Source: Octopus vulgaris
Taxonomy: Eukaryota
Direction of reading: 5' to 3'
Assembly: GCA_951406725.2 (NCBI GenBank)
Contig: OX597815.1
Coordinates: 84,754,001 to 84,818,000 of the forward strand
Length of the DNA: 64,000 bases
The notes under the pieces: model-generated
The model's input: only the letters and a program-made list of their open reading frames with translations
What the model was told of the DNA's origin: nothing
Databases searched by the model: none
Part shown: positions 1 through 14,095 of the stretch, piece by piece
Position numbering within the stretch: the stretch's first letter is position 1
Layout of the letters: the number at the start of each line of letters is the position of its first letter
Position numbers and translations under genes: made by a program

Positions 1-120
1 ACGTGAAAAATTGCTTGACAGCATTGATAATAGGCACTGCGGGTGTAGGGTTCAAATTCATCTAAATAGTATAAAATCGATAGAAAAAGCATTATGATAC
101 ACTGGTACGTAACAGATCGA

Positions 121-343
121 GGGTGGTGGCGTATCAAAAACCGTAGGGTGCTTGACGAAATGTCAAAAAAACAGTGTTTTTGCTTAGCCCGTTTGCGTTC
201 TAATTTCAATCTCACCGATACCGAAGTAGCCTTTCATCCTACTGAGTTCGATAAAAAAATGAATCGCATTTTAAGGGTTTGATTCAATCGACTGTACCCC
301 TACCTTGTAAATGTGTGGCCTCTAGCCAATATAAGAAATCAAT
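121..343 (+). mobile_element. Degenerate tRNA-derived SINE (family A)
   Basis: Diverged match to the family A core (gcctttcatcct...gttcgataaaa) and 3' end (gtggcctctagccaatataagaaatc) seen in better copies at 24771 and 63217. Confidence 0.6.
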
Positions 344-579
344 ATATGGAATGGCGTAAAGTGAAAGTTCTGATAGCGTATCTCCGACTGGAAAATGCTT
401 GTTACGTTTAGTTTAATAGTTGTTAAGCCTTTAATATGAAGGTGTTAGAAATAACGGTCTGTCCAAAACCATAAAGAAAGACATTTATACGTCATTAATG
501 GAAATTTTTTAATGCTTCCATATCGGTATTGAACTAAGGAGATTTTACACAGCATTCTTTATTTTCTGCGTAAATGGAT

Positions 580-667
580 TCATTATTATTATTATTATTA
601 TTATTAACCTTACCATCATCATTATTACTACAATCATCGTCGTCGTCTTCATCATCATCATCATCAA

Positions 668-730
<63 letters not shown>

Positions 731-747
731 CATTATCATCATTATTA

Positions 748-811
<64 letters not shown>
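580..811. repeat. (ATT)n/(ATC)n trinucleotide microsatellite
   Basis: Read directly; explains the poly-N/I/L ORFs. Confidence 0.97.
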
Positions 812-1303
812 CAACTATCTCAACATTGTAAACGCTACGGTATATTCCCATCATAGTCTATCGGATAGTAATTTATCATGATTTCGACACATTCCGATAG
901 AAGGAAACCCTTCTGCAATGCCTAGCAACATAAATGACAAAGGTTCAGAAAACACGAATGTTATGAAGGAGTTCCGAATATACTAACATCCAGGAAGATA
1001 GTAAAATGTTTCAAGATTAGAAAAAAAATAATAACGTGGGTAAGCCAAATATTGTTTCTCCAATTCAGGAATATAGAAGTAGGATTCTTTGTGCAATAGT
1101 TTGATCAACTATTGAGAATGAGATTTTTATGACATCCGCTTAAAATCTAGGAAACTAGGACTAGTCATTGAGCCAAGGGCTTGAGAAGAATGTAATATAC
1201 TGGTGTAGCTCGATCGATTATACTTCTCCCTATCAAAAATTTGCTAGCTGCAGAAAATCAATAGCGATAAAGCTTCTAGGATGATCTAACAAAAGCTGAA
1301 GTA

Positions 1304-1504
1304 CTCTCTTACTTGTTTCAGTCATTTGACTGCAGCCATGCTGGAGCACCGCCTTTAGTCGAGCAAATCGACCCCAGGACTTATTCTTTGTAAGCCTAGT
1401 ACTTATTCTATCGGTCTCTTTTACCGAACTGCTAAGTTACGTGGACGTAAACACACCAGCATCGGTTGTCAAGCGATGTTGGGGGGAGAAACACAGACAC
1501 ACAA

Positions 1505-1576
<72 letters not shown>

Positions 1577-1740
1577 GAGGGGCTTCTTTCAGTTTCCGTC
1601 TACCAAATCCACTCACAAAGCTTTGGTCGGCCCGAAGTTATAGTAGAAGACACTTGCCCAAGGTGTCACGCAGTGGGAATGAACCCGGAACCATGTGGTT
1701 GGCGTGCAAGCTACTTACCACACAGCCACTCCTCCGCCTA
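1304..1740 (-). mobile_element. tRNA-derived SINE (family B) with internal (CA)n(TA)n microsatellite
   Basis: Minus strand starts taggcggaggagtggctgtgtggtaag (A-box-like) and ggttccgggttcattccc (B-box-like); homologous copies at 11985, 27590, 31715 and 43920. Confidence 0.88.
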
Positions 1741-2474
1741 ATTTTTTTAGAGTATTTGGTTCAAGTTATTTAATGTCTTGGGTTTCAATTTTACTAGGAC
1801 CCTATTGATATTAATCGCTGTCAGTGGATAATAAATAATAGTTAGGAACGAGGATCAGGTCGACCAACTGTACTTTTCCTTTAAATAAATTCTGACAAGT
1901 ATAGAGTGATGGAGTTTTAGATAGTAAACATTATTGTATTTGGTAAAGTTGCTTTAGATTTTAAGTTCAAATCTCACCCGTGTTAATTTTCTCCTCACAT
2001 CTTTCCGAGATCAATAAAATAATGCCGGTTACAAACAGAGAGGGAGTCTATATAATCGACTATACTCATGAAATTGGTAGCCCAGCATGATCACACGCTG
2101 ATGAATGAAGCCAGCAAAAACAAAAAGGAAAACAAGGCGAAAACAGTTTTCTTTGCGAAATAAACCTCTAACGTTTTATGCTAACTACTTGAGGAAGCAG
2201 AAATATAAGTGAGAAACATTAAAGAGAAAAGAAGACAGGGAGAAAAAAGGGACGAGAAACTCGGGAGAGAAACAAAAAGATAAGGAGAATGAAAGAATAA
2301 AAATATCAAATAACAACGACTGTATAAACGGAATAATGAATAAATGAAGAAAATTCAATAATGAGATGAAATTTGCGAAATTTCATTTCTTCTTTTTTCT
2401 TTTTCCATTTTTCCAGTTTTCGATTTCTGCATGTTTTATTTTATGCATATCATTTATTCATATTTCACTATTTC

Positions 2475-2475
<1 letters not shown>

Positions 2476-2545
<70 letters not shown>

Positions 2546-2644
2546 TATATATATACATACATACTTATATATACATATATACAAATACATATATATATAC
2601 ATACACACATATATATATATATGCATACACACACACGCACACAT

Positions 2645-2677
<33 letters not shown>

Positions 2678-2806
2678 CACTTTGCTTTCTCTTTGTTTTT
2701 GTTATTGCTTTTAGTTGTTGTTTTAGGGGGGAAGTTTCTAGTTACATTTTTGTTTGTCATCTTTCACACATCGTTTCTTCCTTTATATATATATACTTAT
2801 TTATAT

Positions 2807-2880
<74 letters not shown>
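2476..2880. repeat. Compound (TA)n/(CA)n/(GA)n microsatellite
   Basis: Read directly. Confidence 0.95.
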
Positions 2881-2884
<4 letters not shown>

Positions 2885-4014
2885 CTGGCATACATACACG
2901 CATTTATATATGGATATGTAAATATACGTGTGTGCGTACTGGCGTGCTGGCATGTGCATGTGTTATGTTTGTATGTTCTGAACATGTTTGTAATAAAGTG
3001 TGTAGGAAGACGTGCGATTGTGTCTGAGTGTAAATGTAAGTCCGTATAATGAGCGCACGCACGTAAGTAAGCATATGTGTACATATTTGTAAATTATATA
3101 TTTTATTTTCCTCCTCTTCAGAGAACGAACAATCGAAAACAACAATGATCTCGACCGAAATAGCGGCACGATTCTGTAGTTGAACGCCTGGAGATATATA
3201 TGTGTATATATATTCATTCCCAAGAGGAAAAGCGTTTGATAACAAAGACATCTTTTAGATAGAAAATACTTGATAATAATTTCTTAGGGGCGTGATATTT
3301 TCCTAATCCACCACCACCAACAACATCCCATACAATATCATTACCGTCATCAATGTATCATCCTAGTCGTCGTCGTCGTTATCATCTTCATCGTCATATT
3401 AGAAGAACTTGGGTTTTTTTCTAAGCAAACCTCGTTCATATCTTACCTATAGTTTTAAGATTAAAATGCGTGTGAACGATACACCTTATATATATATATA
3501 TCTGTTTGTACGTATTTATTCAGATTGTGTGATTATTCCTGTATAGGTGTTGTCTGCTTGTGTTTGTGAATGTGTAGATATCCATTAGTCTATCAAGTAA
3601 AACGATTAGCAAGAATGCTCAATGAAAATGAAAAATATCAAGTTTAGTTTGATTAACTAACTACAAAAGAGAAATATTTAAACACAATGTCTGGTTATTT
3701 AGAATTAAAATGCCTACCGTCAGTACCCAGTATCCAGTTAACATGTTTAGGCATATTAAAAAAATACGTACCAGAGTGTAACAAAGATTTCATCAGCGAT
3801 TATTTGTAAATGATTTACAAGCTGAGGAAGGTTGTATACATAGTCTTTACATGTTAGACTGTATATATCATTGTTGAAAATATTTAATACATATTTGCGC
3901 ATGGTCTTTACAAAGCAGGAACGATTGCTAGACTGCTCGATCAAGAATAGTCAATAATGAACGTGCGAGAGTGAGGGGGGGGTCATCGTAGAGGGAGGAA
4001 GGGAGGGCGGTATG

Positions 4015-4015
<1 letters not shown>

Positions 4016-4079
<64 letters not shown>
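4016..4079. repeat. (AGAT)n microsatellite
   Basis: Read directly. Confidence 0.97.
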
Positions 4080-4129
4080 GTACATGTTTGTGAACCTTTC
4101 TCACACGTTCTCTCTCTCCTTATATGTCT

Positions 4130-4310
4130 GAGTGTTTGTGACCCCATGACAATCGATGTTAATTCGTTTACGTCCCAGTAACTTAGCGTTTCGCAAAAGA
4201 GACCGAGAGAATAAATGCAAGATGTAATAAGTACTGGGGTCGATTTGTTCGACTAAATCCTTCAAGACCGTGCCCCGCATCGCTATGGTCCAATGAATAG
4301 AACAAGTAAA
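4130..4310 (+). mobile_element. SINE family B, 3' half
   Basis: gtaacttagcgtttcgcaaaagagaccga...ctggggtcgatttgttcgactaaa matches the reverse complement of 1304-1480. Confidence 0.75.
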
Positions 4311-4355
4311 ACATATCCATATATATCCATTTGTACATATCCATATATATAAATA

Positions 4356-4417
<62 letters not shown>

Positions 4418-4878
4418 CACACACATACAAACATACATACCATATCATACCATACATACACACATACACGAGGTGAAAATCTCAGTTTTAATTACTGTTC
4501 ATTATCATACCATTGAAGTTGACTTTGCTGTCTTTCATCCTTCTGGGATCGATAAAGTAATTACCAAGCAAGCACAAGGGTCAATAAAATCGACTGCGCC
4601 AATGTTAGAAATCATTGTTGTTATTATTGACTTTGCTATATACAGTAATGTAACAAGTCGTTTCAGCATCGGATGAAATGCCTTGAGGTATTATTAATTC
4701 TTATTCTCTGAGCTCGTTTGTTTTTTTTTTCGTTTCTGATTTGAAAAACACTATATTAGTCCAGTACTATGGATTGGCAGGATTAGTAGGATTATGAGTG
4801 TCGGGTGGGGGCGGGGGTTAATCCCTTGCTATTTCTTCTCTGGCTCTTTGCATTTTGACAGTAACGCCGGGAATAATA

Positions 4879-5098
4879 CTGATTTCAAATTTTGGCACAT
4901 AGCCAGCAATTTCGGGGGAAGAGATGAGTCGTTTACATCGACGACTCCAATGCTCAACTGGTACTTATTTTATCAAACCCGAAAGGATGAAAGGTAAAGT
5001 CGAACTCGGCGGAATTTGAACTCAGAACGTGAAGACGGACGAAATACTGCTAAGCATTTTGCCCGGCGTGTTAACAATTCTGCCAGATCGCTGCCTTA
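4879..5098 (-). mobile_element. SINE family A, full length
   Basis: Reverse complement of the head taaggcagcga.ctggcagaa...ttctgagttcaaattccgccgag and of the core; TSD-like flanks cgccgggaataata / cgccggggattata. Confidence 0.88.
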
Positions 5099-5125
5099 TC
5101 GCCGGGGATTATATTAACGGCAAGC

Positions 5126-5345
5126 TAAGGCAGCGAGATGGCAGAACCGTTGGCACGCAAGGAAAATGCTTAGCAGCATTTCGCCCGTCTGCACGTTCTA
5201 AGTTCAAATTTCGTTGAGGTCGATTTTGCTTTTCAAACTTTCAGGGTCGATAAAATAAGTACCAGTTAAATACTGGGGTTAATGTAAACGACATAACCCA
5301 GGCCCCGAACTTGCTGACCTTGTGCCAAAATTTGAAAGCAATATT
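5126..5345 (+). mobile_element. SINE family A, full length (head-to-head with 4879-5098)
   Basis: taaggcagcgagatggcagaaccgttggcacg...gttcaaatttcg...gtcgataaaataagtaccagtt. Confidence 0.88.
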
Positions 5346-6574
5346 AATGGGAATCTGTATCGCCCCTTGCGTTTTCGTTCGACAGCGACAGTGGTGTGAG
5401 CAACTCCGTGCTTGGTCAACTAGTGGCCTTTCAGGGAAGAAAAAATACTCTGCCTGGTGGCGTGGGTCCATGTAGGGTAGGAAATTGATGTATTCCAGGT
5501 GCAGCACTCGGCAAGGACTCCTGAATATTATCTACACTCTTATACTGAAACTTTGAAAAATGTCTAAGTCCACCAATACTGGAATTTCATGTACCTCACG
5601 GATGAAACCGGTGTGTAAGTATTTAGAAAAGTAACATATAGATATGGAGGAGAAGAATGGATTTAGTTAGCATGTTAACCGCTACGGCCTGTTACTGGCG
5701 GTTGTGCAATACATGTAGCACATGTAGCGATTAACGTTACAATAGTTTCTATACCAGTCCATTTTTAACCACATTATATGTAAATGATTCCGTGTGAAAA
5801 TTAGTATACATACATATATAATATTCCAGTATGTTGATAATACGTGTAGGATACTTCCGTAATAGAGTGGTCTTCTATCTAACATCAATATTACTTATCT
5901 CTCAAGCTCTAAACGTGGTAATGCTGAAGCTAAATTTTGACACTTATGAAGTCTCTACACCTTCTAACCATGGATTTTCTAACTACATTCTTTATAAACA
6001 GATATCTTCACCTCAGAGAAGGATTTAGATAACCTGAATACTATGTACATATACTTGAATTTCTGGTGTTAAATTTTTTGTTCACATATATACGCATACG
6101 CAAATCTATATGCATACACTCTCACTCACTTTCTTATGATAACTAAACGTAGATTTTTCGCTGCCAAGCAATTTCTTTTTCTGAAATCCATTTCCTTTTA
6201 AATCTATAACATTCTTTGAAGTTTCTTCGTCTAAAATAACTTCTTATGTATCGATTTCCTGCAATTGTATTCCGTCCATACTTATCTCAAGAGCACAGAT
6301 GGGATAATTGATGTGAATTGGGAATCGAAACTTCGTTGCGAAATCGACCTGCTTGAAACTGTCTAACACTACGCTGATCTTAGTTGCAATGGGAACAGAA
6401 AAATCTCACTTCGTTCAACAGCACAAAACTCACTCTTTACATTTCCCGTGCAATATCTGAAAGTTACTCTCAAATGTTTTGTTAATTACTTGTGCGCTAC
6501 TCTTCTCTTACGGCAGCTTCTTACCCTAACCTGCTATAGTAGAATGTTATTGGTAGAAAGTTCTCTGTCCAACC

Positions 6575-6776
6575 TTCTAGCAGATCGATATATGCAGCTA
6601 CACTTCCCTAAATTCACATAATACCGTTTTAAAGAAGAAACTGATACATGTACAATTATGTAATTCTAGATACACAAAAGCTCGTTAAATGCCTGGATGG
6701 TCATAACGGGACCAACTTGATCATAGATCATGAGTTTACTCATTTAAAACTAACTTAAGCTAAACAGTAGTATCAA

Positions 6777-6780
<4 letters not shown>
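6575..6780 (+). mobile_element. Old interspersed repeat (family E; SINE/LINE 3' end) with (AAC)n tail
   Basis: Motifs ggatggtca..tgatcatag..gctaaaca recur at about 7300, 7850, 13780 (+) and 10400, 44800, 49250 (-). Confidence 0.55.
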
Positions 6781-7240
<460 letters not shown>

Positions 7241-7299
7241 TACGCAGTCTACATATAACGCGTATAGCACGCGAGTAACAGGAGTGTATCTATGTGTTC

Positions 7300-7495
7300 A
7301 AGTGATCTGCTAGAGATGACGGCCAAATCTCCTTCAGATCACTTCCAACTATCTTCAAGAGTAGAAGAGCATATTGAATAATACAGTCGCAGATAAACCT
7401 AGAAAAAGAATGGTCTCATCTGGAATGCTTTCCATCATAGATCTGCTTTATAAGGTTTGCTCTAGGGTTCATCGACAACAAATGCAACAACGACA
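7300..7495 (+). mobile_element. Family E repeat copy
   Basis: gatctgctagagatgacggccaaatctccttcagatcac...ctggaatgctttccatcatagatctgct...gacaacaa. Confidence 0.6.
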
Positions 7496-7693
7496 ACTTC
7501 CACCTTAACGTATTGTGGATGTGAAGACCAACATACATTTATAACAGAAACAAGGTATCATATCAAAATCACTTTTCTCTTCAGAGTCTGGAAATGCTTA
7601 CATTGTGCTCAGTTGCAGACTCTCTACAAGTCAATCAATTTATTACCTTGTTAAAAAAAAAAATCGCAAATCATATCTAGTGTAATAAAAGCT

Positions 7694-7744
<51 letters not shown>

Positions 7745-8179
7745 ACACACATACACGTGCGCGCGCGCATACATACATATTATGAGCCGATCGGAGTCCC
7801 ACTGTAGAGACCCAAGCCCCACTTCCACCGACAAACCTATAAAAAGGGCACAGTGAATGATGTAGTCCTAGATACTCTGTGTCTACATAAAAGAAAAGAA
7901 TGGCCATCACTGGAATGCTTTTGAACATAGGTCTTCCCGATCAGGTCTGAGTTATCACTAAACACCACCGACAACATTAACAACAACAGCATTAATCTTT
8001 ACAAGTAGACTAACTAACTAAAGGCACAGTTTAATTAATCTACCTTATCAGTCTAGAGTGGTTCTCTCTGGTTATGAATACTACTGTTCAAAGAAACATT
8101 TTTCGGAAAATATTGAAATATTTTCCCCTGCTAATGAACTCAATGAAGTGACGCAAGTAGCATTCATCAACAATTAAGA

Positions 8180-8536
8180 TAGGCGTGGCTGTGTGGTAAG
8201 AAGCTTGCTTCACAACCCCATGGTTCCGTGTTTAGTCCCACGATCGTGAGGTTGTGAGCTCGAATCCAGGACCGGGCTGCGTGTTGTGTTCTTGAGCAAG
8301 ACGCTTTATTTCACGTTGCTCCAGTTCACTCAGCTGTAGAAATGAGTTTCACGTCACAGGTACCAAGCTGTATCAGCCTTTGCCTTTCCATTAGATAACA
8401 CTCGTGGCGTAGAGAGAGGAGGCCGGTATGCATGGGCGACTGCTGGTCTTCCATAAACAACCTTGCCCAGACCTGTGCCTGGGAGGGTAACTTTCTAGGT
8501 GCAATCACATGGTCAGTCATGACCGAAGGGGTCTTA
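8180..8536 (+). mobile_element. SINE family B head joined to a SINE family C copy
   Basis: taggcgtggctgtgtggtaag head, then gtgaggttgtgagctcgaatcc...ctgctggtcttccataaacaaccttgccc...catgaccgaagggg shared with 27810-28218 and 37210-37508. Confidence 0.8.
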
Positions 8537-8552
8537 GCATATAATATATATA

Positions 8553-9843
8553 CGAGGGACGTTCAATAAGTAATGCATCTGACCCACTTGCAGTTGTTTG
8601 ATCTAGCTGAAAGTTTGCATGTGCAATCATTTATATCTCTATAGAGTAAGTGGCAAATTCCAGCTCTGAATTAATTGTGGTTTCTGATTTACAGGTGTTT
8701 GAACCGAGTCAAGTGTGAAATGGAGCCTGTTGAGTGTCGAGCAGTGATCCGGTTTTTGTATTTGAAAGGACGCACACCACGGGAGACTTTTAATGAAATG
8801 AAAGTAACTTATGGTGATGATGCCCCATCATATGACCTTTTAAAACGCTGGCATCGTGAATTCAAACATGGTCGGAACTCTGTGGAAGCAGCTCCCAGAT
8901 CTGGTCGCCCCCTTCTGCCATTGATGAGGCATCTGTCCGTCAAGTTGAGGCTGCCATTTTGGAAGATCGACGCATAATTATTCGCCAAATAGCCCATGAG
9001 GTAAAGATTAGTACCGGGTCTGTGGAAACTATCATTCATGACCATTTGCATATGCAAAAGGTGTCTGCCAGATGTATTCCCAGGTTGCTCACGCCTTTCC
9101 AGAAGCAAGAACGCGTCGAGTGCTCGAGGGTGAATTTGGAGATGTGCCAAGAAGATGAGTCAAAATTTTTCAAAAGACTGATCACACAGGATGAAATCTG
9201 GGTCCATCACGATGATCCAGAGACCAAAGCCCAGTCAATGCAGTGGAAGCACCGTGACTCACCCCCTCCAAAGAAGGCAAGGGTGCAGCCCTCCGCTGGC
9301 AAGGTCATGCTCACAGTCTTCTGGGACCAGGACGGAGTAGTGATGACAGATTTCCTGGCAAAGGGTACCACAATTGCAGGAGCCTATTATGCTTCACTTT
9401 TGAGGAAATTAAGAGAAGTTATCAAAATCAAGCGGCGGGGCAAGATCAGCAAAGGCATCCTCCTCCTGCAGGACAACGCTCCGGTCCACAACTCGCTTGT
9501 CGCCAGATCAGAAGCACAGGCGTATGGCTATGAACTCCTCCCCACCCACCCTACTTTCCTGACCTTGCACCCTCTGATTTTCACCTCTTCCCAATCATGA
9601 AGTTGTTTTTGAAAAGAAAGCGTTTCCCAGATGATGCAGCCTTGATTTCCGAAGTCACGTTGAGGTTGGAGGACCAAGCTGGGTTCTTCTACAAAAACGG
9701 TCTCCAGAGCAGCATCAAACGATGGGAGAAATGCGTAACTCTGGGTGGTTCCTATGTAGAAAAAGACTAATAACTGTGCCAAGTTTCGTTGCTCTACTGC
9801 TATGGAATGTGAGTCAGGGGCATTACTTATTGAACGCCCCTCG
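8553..9843 (+). mobile_element. Mariner (Tc1/mariner DD34D) transposon, full-length defective copy
   Basis: TA|cgagggacgttcaataagtaatgc ... gcattacttattgaacgcccctcg|TA; 1291 bp, 2 bp shorter than the 22778-24070 copy. Confidence 0.96.
8720..9770 (+). pseudogene. Frameshifted mariner transposase
   Basis: MEPVECRAVIRF... to ...YVEKD*; two 1-bp deletions in C-runs (about 8910 and 9545) relative to the intact copy; WIPRLL changed to CIPRLL and DETW to DEIW. Confidence 0.93.
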
Positions 9844-10684
9844 TATATCCGCGTTCTAGTTCTGGATTTTCTAATTTTCTCTCCTTCTGTCTATATTTTT
9901 GTGCGCTTTTACTTTGAAAAGATCGTCATGGCGGATGTCAACTTGAAAGATCAATTCAAGTTGCTTGCACATGATACTTTTCTTCCAGCTCCATCTCTCG
10001 ATAACGAATCAACATACTAATTAGTTCCCGCAGGAAACGAACAGCTATCTAATTGAAATGTTTCAATCAGTTTATACTGGATTATTACACATACACACGC
10101 GCGCGTGCGCACACACACACGCAAACACGCACGCGCATGCTTGCGAATATACACACACAACAAATACGCTTGTACCACATACGTGACCGCGAATACAAAC
10201 ATCCAAATACAACAATATACAACAGCCAGAATGACCATGAGGGTGACGATGATGATTATAATGAGGTTTGTGGAGGTGGTGGTGATGGTGCTAGAAGGGA
10301 AAGAAGATGAGAAAGACAAGAGGTGGAAGAGGAGGAATAGAGAAGGAGAGGATGGGATGAGATGAAGAAGCAGGCTTGATGGCCCTTCCAGCTATTTTTG
10401 CTATTGTTGTTTAGCCCTAGGTGAAGAATCATTGGTTTGACCTATTCTCAAAGTCATTCCGTCCATGATCATCTAGCCTTTTTCTACATTCAAGGCTACT
10501 TAATACAATTATGTCCTTGCCCTTTATGTATTTATATATTTTAATGTTAGAAAATAATTTGAGGGAAATATAACTATTATTTCTAGTAGTGCGAACGAAC
10601 ATAAGGACGCTCTCTCAGTTAATATGGCAAGACCATCACATTTTCGAGGAGAGATATGATCAATATAATCTACGGCAGTAAATG

Positions 10685-10932
10685 GTCGGTCTACATTACT
10701 ACGTAAGGAGCATAAGCCCGGTTTCCCGGTATCTCTACGTATGCTTTCCTTCCTGGACGGGGGGCGCCGGTCCGTTGCAGGATTACTCAATTTTATTAGC
10801 TGAGTAGACTGGAGCAACATGAAATGAAGTGCTTTGCTCAAGAGAACAACGCATTGCCCGATCCAGGAATCGAAACCACAATCTTATGACCATGAGTCCG
10901 ACAACCTAACCACTAAGCCATGCACCTCCACT
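10685..10932 (-). mobile_element. tRNA-derived SINE (family D) with perfect 14-bp TSD
   Basis: Minus-strand head tggcttagtggttagg...gtttcgattcc; flanked by tacggcagtaaatg at 10671-10684 and 10933-10946. Confidence 0.9.
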
Positions 10933-10971
10933 TACGGCAGTAAATGACTGGGATTTATTTGATCCAACAAT

Positions 10972-11117
10972 TTTCTTCTTCTTCTTCTTCTTCTTCTTCT
11001 TCTTCTTCTTCTTCTTCTTCTTCTTCTTCTACTTCTTCTTTTTCTTCTTCTTCTTCTTCTTTTTCTTCTTCTTCTTCTTCTTTTTCTTCTTCTTCTCCTC
11101 CTCCTTCTTCTTCTTCA
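10972..11117. repeat. (CTT)n microsatellite
   Basis: Read directly. Confidence 0.96.
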
Positions 11118-11984
11118 GGACAATCCTTTCGCGGTGTCGATAAGATATTATACCAATCCAGGCCGATGGGTTGTTGGAAAATATCAGAAAGTTGGGTGGA
11201 TGCCTTGTGGAGTTTGTTCTGACACTTTGACATGGCCTTCTTGAGCGGTCGAGTGAATCCGTCACCCAGTTTAACATCACCGGCTGGTCTTTGAGGTGTT
11301 TTACCAAGTGCTAACTTAGTTGCAAGCAATCGTGTCTAGGTCTATAGTTTGAGGTTAACCTCCTCTTCTCCTTCCATCATTCTCTCAGATCTTGTAAAAT
11401 GATCTGCTTTCCTTCCTAACCCTAACTCTAACCCTTTCGCACTAAAAAATAATATCCAAATGTAGTTTAACAGAAATCAGCCTATGTTTTAGGGGAGTTT
11501 TTTCTCTTCTTAAGACTAAATATTTCTAAAACTACATTAACTTACGCGCCCTTTTCTTTTTTCATTCTTTTTTCTTGATCTATAGAGTGTCTTTTGAGGA
11601 AGAATAAGACTCTATTCTAGCATATCAAGATACCCGTAGGAATACCTCATTTCCTCCCCCTCGCAACGAACCTTTTGTTTCTTTTTAGTGTTCGGAAACC
11701 AGACTGAACAGTAAATGTGAATTTGTACTTTAAACCTATAAAGTGTAAGCACAAAAGTGAATCAAAACTAACAGCTTAGTAGGAATCAAACATATAACTC
11801 CCTTGGCAGTTCAGATTCTTACATACAGTGATTGATGGTATGTTATTCTGTGTGGAGGCTTGAATACATCGTTTTTATTTTTACCGTTCAGTTTGTTTTT
11901 GTACGCTTCCACATATTGCTGGTGGCCACCACTTGGGTGAACTCGATCCCACATAACAGCCGTTGCTCTTTTTAAATATATCTT

Positions 11985-12173
11985 TCATCTTTTACTTTGT
12001 TTCAGTCATGGGGCATCACCATGAAGAATTTTTAGCCGGATGAATCGACCCCAATATTTTTTTTTAAGCCTGATACTTATTCTATCGGATTCTTTTACCG
12101 AATCGCTAAGTTACGGGGGATGTAAATACAATACCGGATGTCAAGCGATGGTGCGGGCCATCTTCAGACATAC

Positions 12174-12226
<53 letters not shown>

Positions 12227-12362
12227 ACGGGCTTCTTTCAGTTTCCGTCGACCAAATCAATTCGGAAGGCTTTGGTCGGTCAGAGGTGCCACACAGTGGG
12301 ACTGAACCCGGAACCATGTGCTTGGGAAGCAACTTCTTGCCACACAGCCACGCGTGCGCCTA
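11985..12362 (-). mobile_element. SINE family B with internal (TA)n
   Basis: Homologous to 1304-1740 with internal deletions. Confidence 0.85.
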
Positions 12363-12920
12363 TAGTTGGAGTACACTGGAAATAATGGTGATAGAATTTA
12401 GATTTTACTTCTTTTCTTTTTTTTTTTTGTTACGACCATGTTAGGACTGAGTGCTAAATGAGTTTGCAGTTTTTTCTTTCTCTTTTTTTTATAAGCAGTG
12501 TCTTTTTGCTTCTTTTTTCAGATACACAAAACTAAGATCAAAGCAAAAAAGAAAAGATACTGCGCACCACATGGGCATAGAACTTACAGCTGCTCTGTAA
12601 GAAATAAAATGCCAGTTGAAATGTTTCGGATGTACAAAGGGAAGAAAATTAAATTTGCGTTCCTTATAAATTGTCAAAAATAACGAGAAAAATATTTTAT
12701 AATCCAATTTGTTGTGACTTCAAAAGACAGACTCAGGAGCAACAAATGCATTCGAAAATGCACTTGCCTTGAATTCAAAATCATGAAAGACTTACTGTGT
12801 CATGGATAAAGAGTTCACACGAGTTATAGTACAGCCCAACGGAAGTTTCAGAACAACTGTAATTTATGAACACTACAACATAGGGATTTTAAATTGGATT
12901 CCGAAGATAGAAAACAGTGT

Positions 12921-13133
12921 ATGCAAATTTTGGCCCAGGGCCAGCAATTTCGGGGGAGGGCATCAATCGATTACATTGACGCCCCAGTGCTCAATTGCCA
13001 CTTATTTTATCAACGCCGAAAGGATGAAAGGCAAAGTTGACCTCGGTGGAAAATGAACTCAAAACATAAAGACGGACGAAATACCACTTAGGATTCCGCC
13101 CGGCGTACTAACGATTCTGCCAGCTTCCCGCCT
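12921..13133 (-). mobile_element. SINE family A
   Basis: gaaaggatgaaaggcaaagttgacctcgg...acgattctgccagcttcccgcct. Confidence 0.85.
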
Positions 13134-13249
13134 AAAGAGATATAAAATATATCATTAATTTTCCCGTTTTAATTCCGTTTTAGCTTTGTGTAGTTGCTTC
13201 GTTCAGCATCATCAACCCCTGGACATTACTCCCTCAAGTCCTAGGACTT

Positions 13250-13468
13250 ATAGGATTGGTTACCCGTTCTCCAGGGCGTATAAGGCACCGGGATCACAAC
13301 ATTCACCATAACGGAAATGCTAGTCCATCCCAGAATTATTCATTTTCAGTAGAGTGGATCGGAGCAACGTGAAATGAAGTGTTGCTCAAAAATAAAATAC
13401 ACCGCCCGAACCGAAAATCGAAACCGCGATCTGGCGTCCAACACTCTAACCACTAGGCCACGCACCGT
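13250..13468 (-). mobile_element. SINE family D, degenerate
   Basis: ggagcaacgtgaaatgaagtg...aatcgaaaccgcgatc...taaccactaggccacgcacc, as in 10685-10932. Confidence 0.7.
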
Positions 13469-13978
13469 CATACTATATATTTCGCAAAAGAAATAAAACC
13501 TAAATGTATTTATCAAAACAATGTTGAAAGGAGCCACAGTTGTCACAGTTGGAACGGGTTAGCTTTATTTATCTTTGTTGTGATCATCACCTCAGTCACA
13601 ACGTCATACACATAGAGAAATAGTCTGAATGGCGAAAGAGTTACAATGTATTCAGATTACCACACAGAACCACATGTATTCGACCACTGCGTGTCAGAAT
13701 CTGAAATATTATCCTCAACCTGATGGAAGCATTGCATATTCGAAGCTGTATAGATATATGGATCACACGTAACTGTTTTCTCAGTCAAAGCTAACCTGGG
13801 GCTAAACAACAATAATAATAAAAGCCGAAAATGTTAATGGACAGCTTGCAATGCCTACTACTTCACATTTTTATTCGTAGTTATTGAAATGAAGCCAAAT
13901 GCTTCAACAATTACTTTGAAAAATCGCATTTATTTACTTACTAAATTAATAAAGACCTGAATGAATGACAAATAGTGT

Positions 13979-13980
<2 letters not shown>

Positions 13981-14028
<48 letters not shown>

Positions 14029-14034
14029 AAGAGA

Positions 14035-14095
<61 letters not shown>
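13981..14095. repeat. (GT)n/(GA)n microsatellite
   Basis: Read directly. Confidence 0.96.

Noticed and set aside
900-1300. Possible CR1/L2 RT remnant on the minus strand (RSFI...SPWL)
   Set aside because: Too degenerate to support by eye
1574-1590. tacgaggggc resembling the mariner TIR start
   Set aside because: It is the constant family B SINE segment that follows the (TA)n (cgacgggcttctttc in other copies)
1690-1740. tRNA genes at SINE heads
   Set aside because: A/B-box-like motifs are present but there is no complete cloverleaf; they are tRNA-derived SINE heads
11118-11400. Possible LINE 3' end with a (GAA)n tail on the minus strand
   Set aside because: Only a vague KLAL..TPQRP resemblance; no diagnostic motif
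11415-11436. Short (CCCTAA)-like run
   Set aside because: Only about three imperfect units with no associated structure
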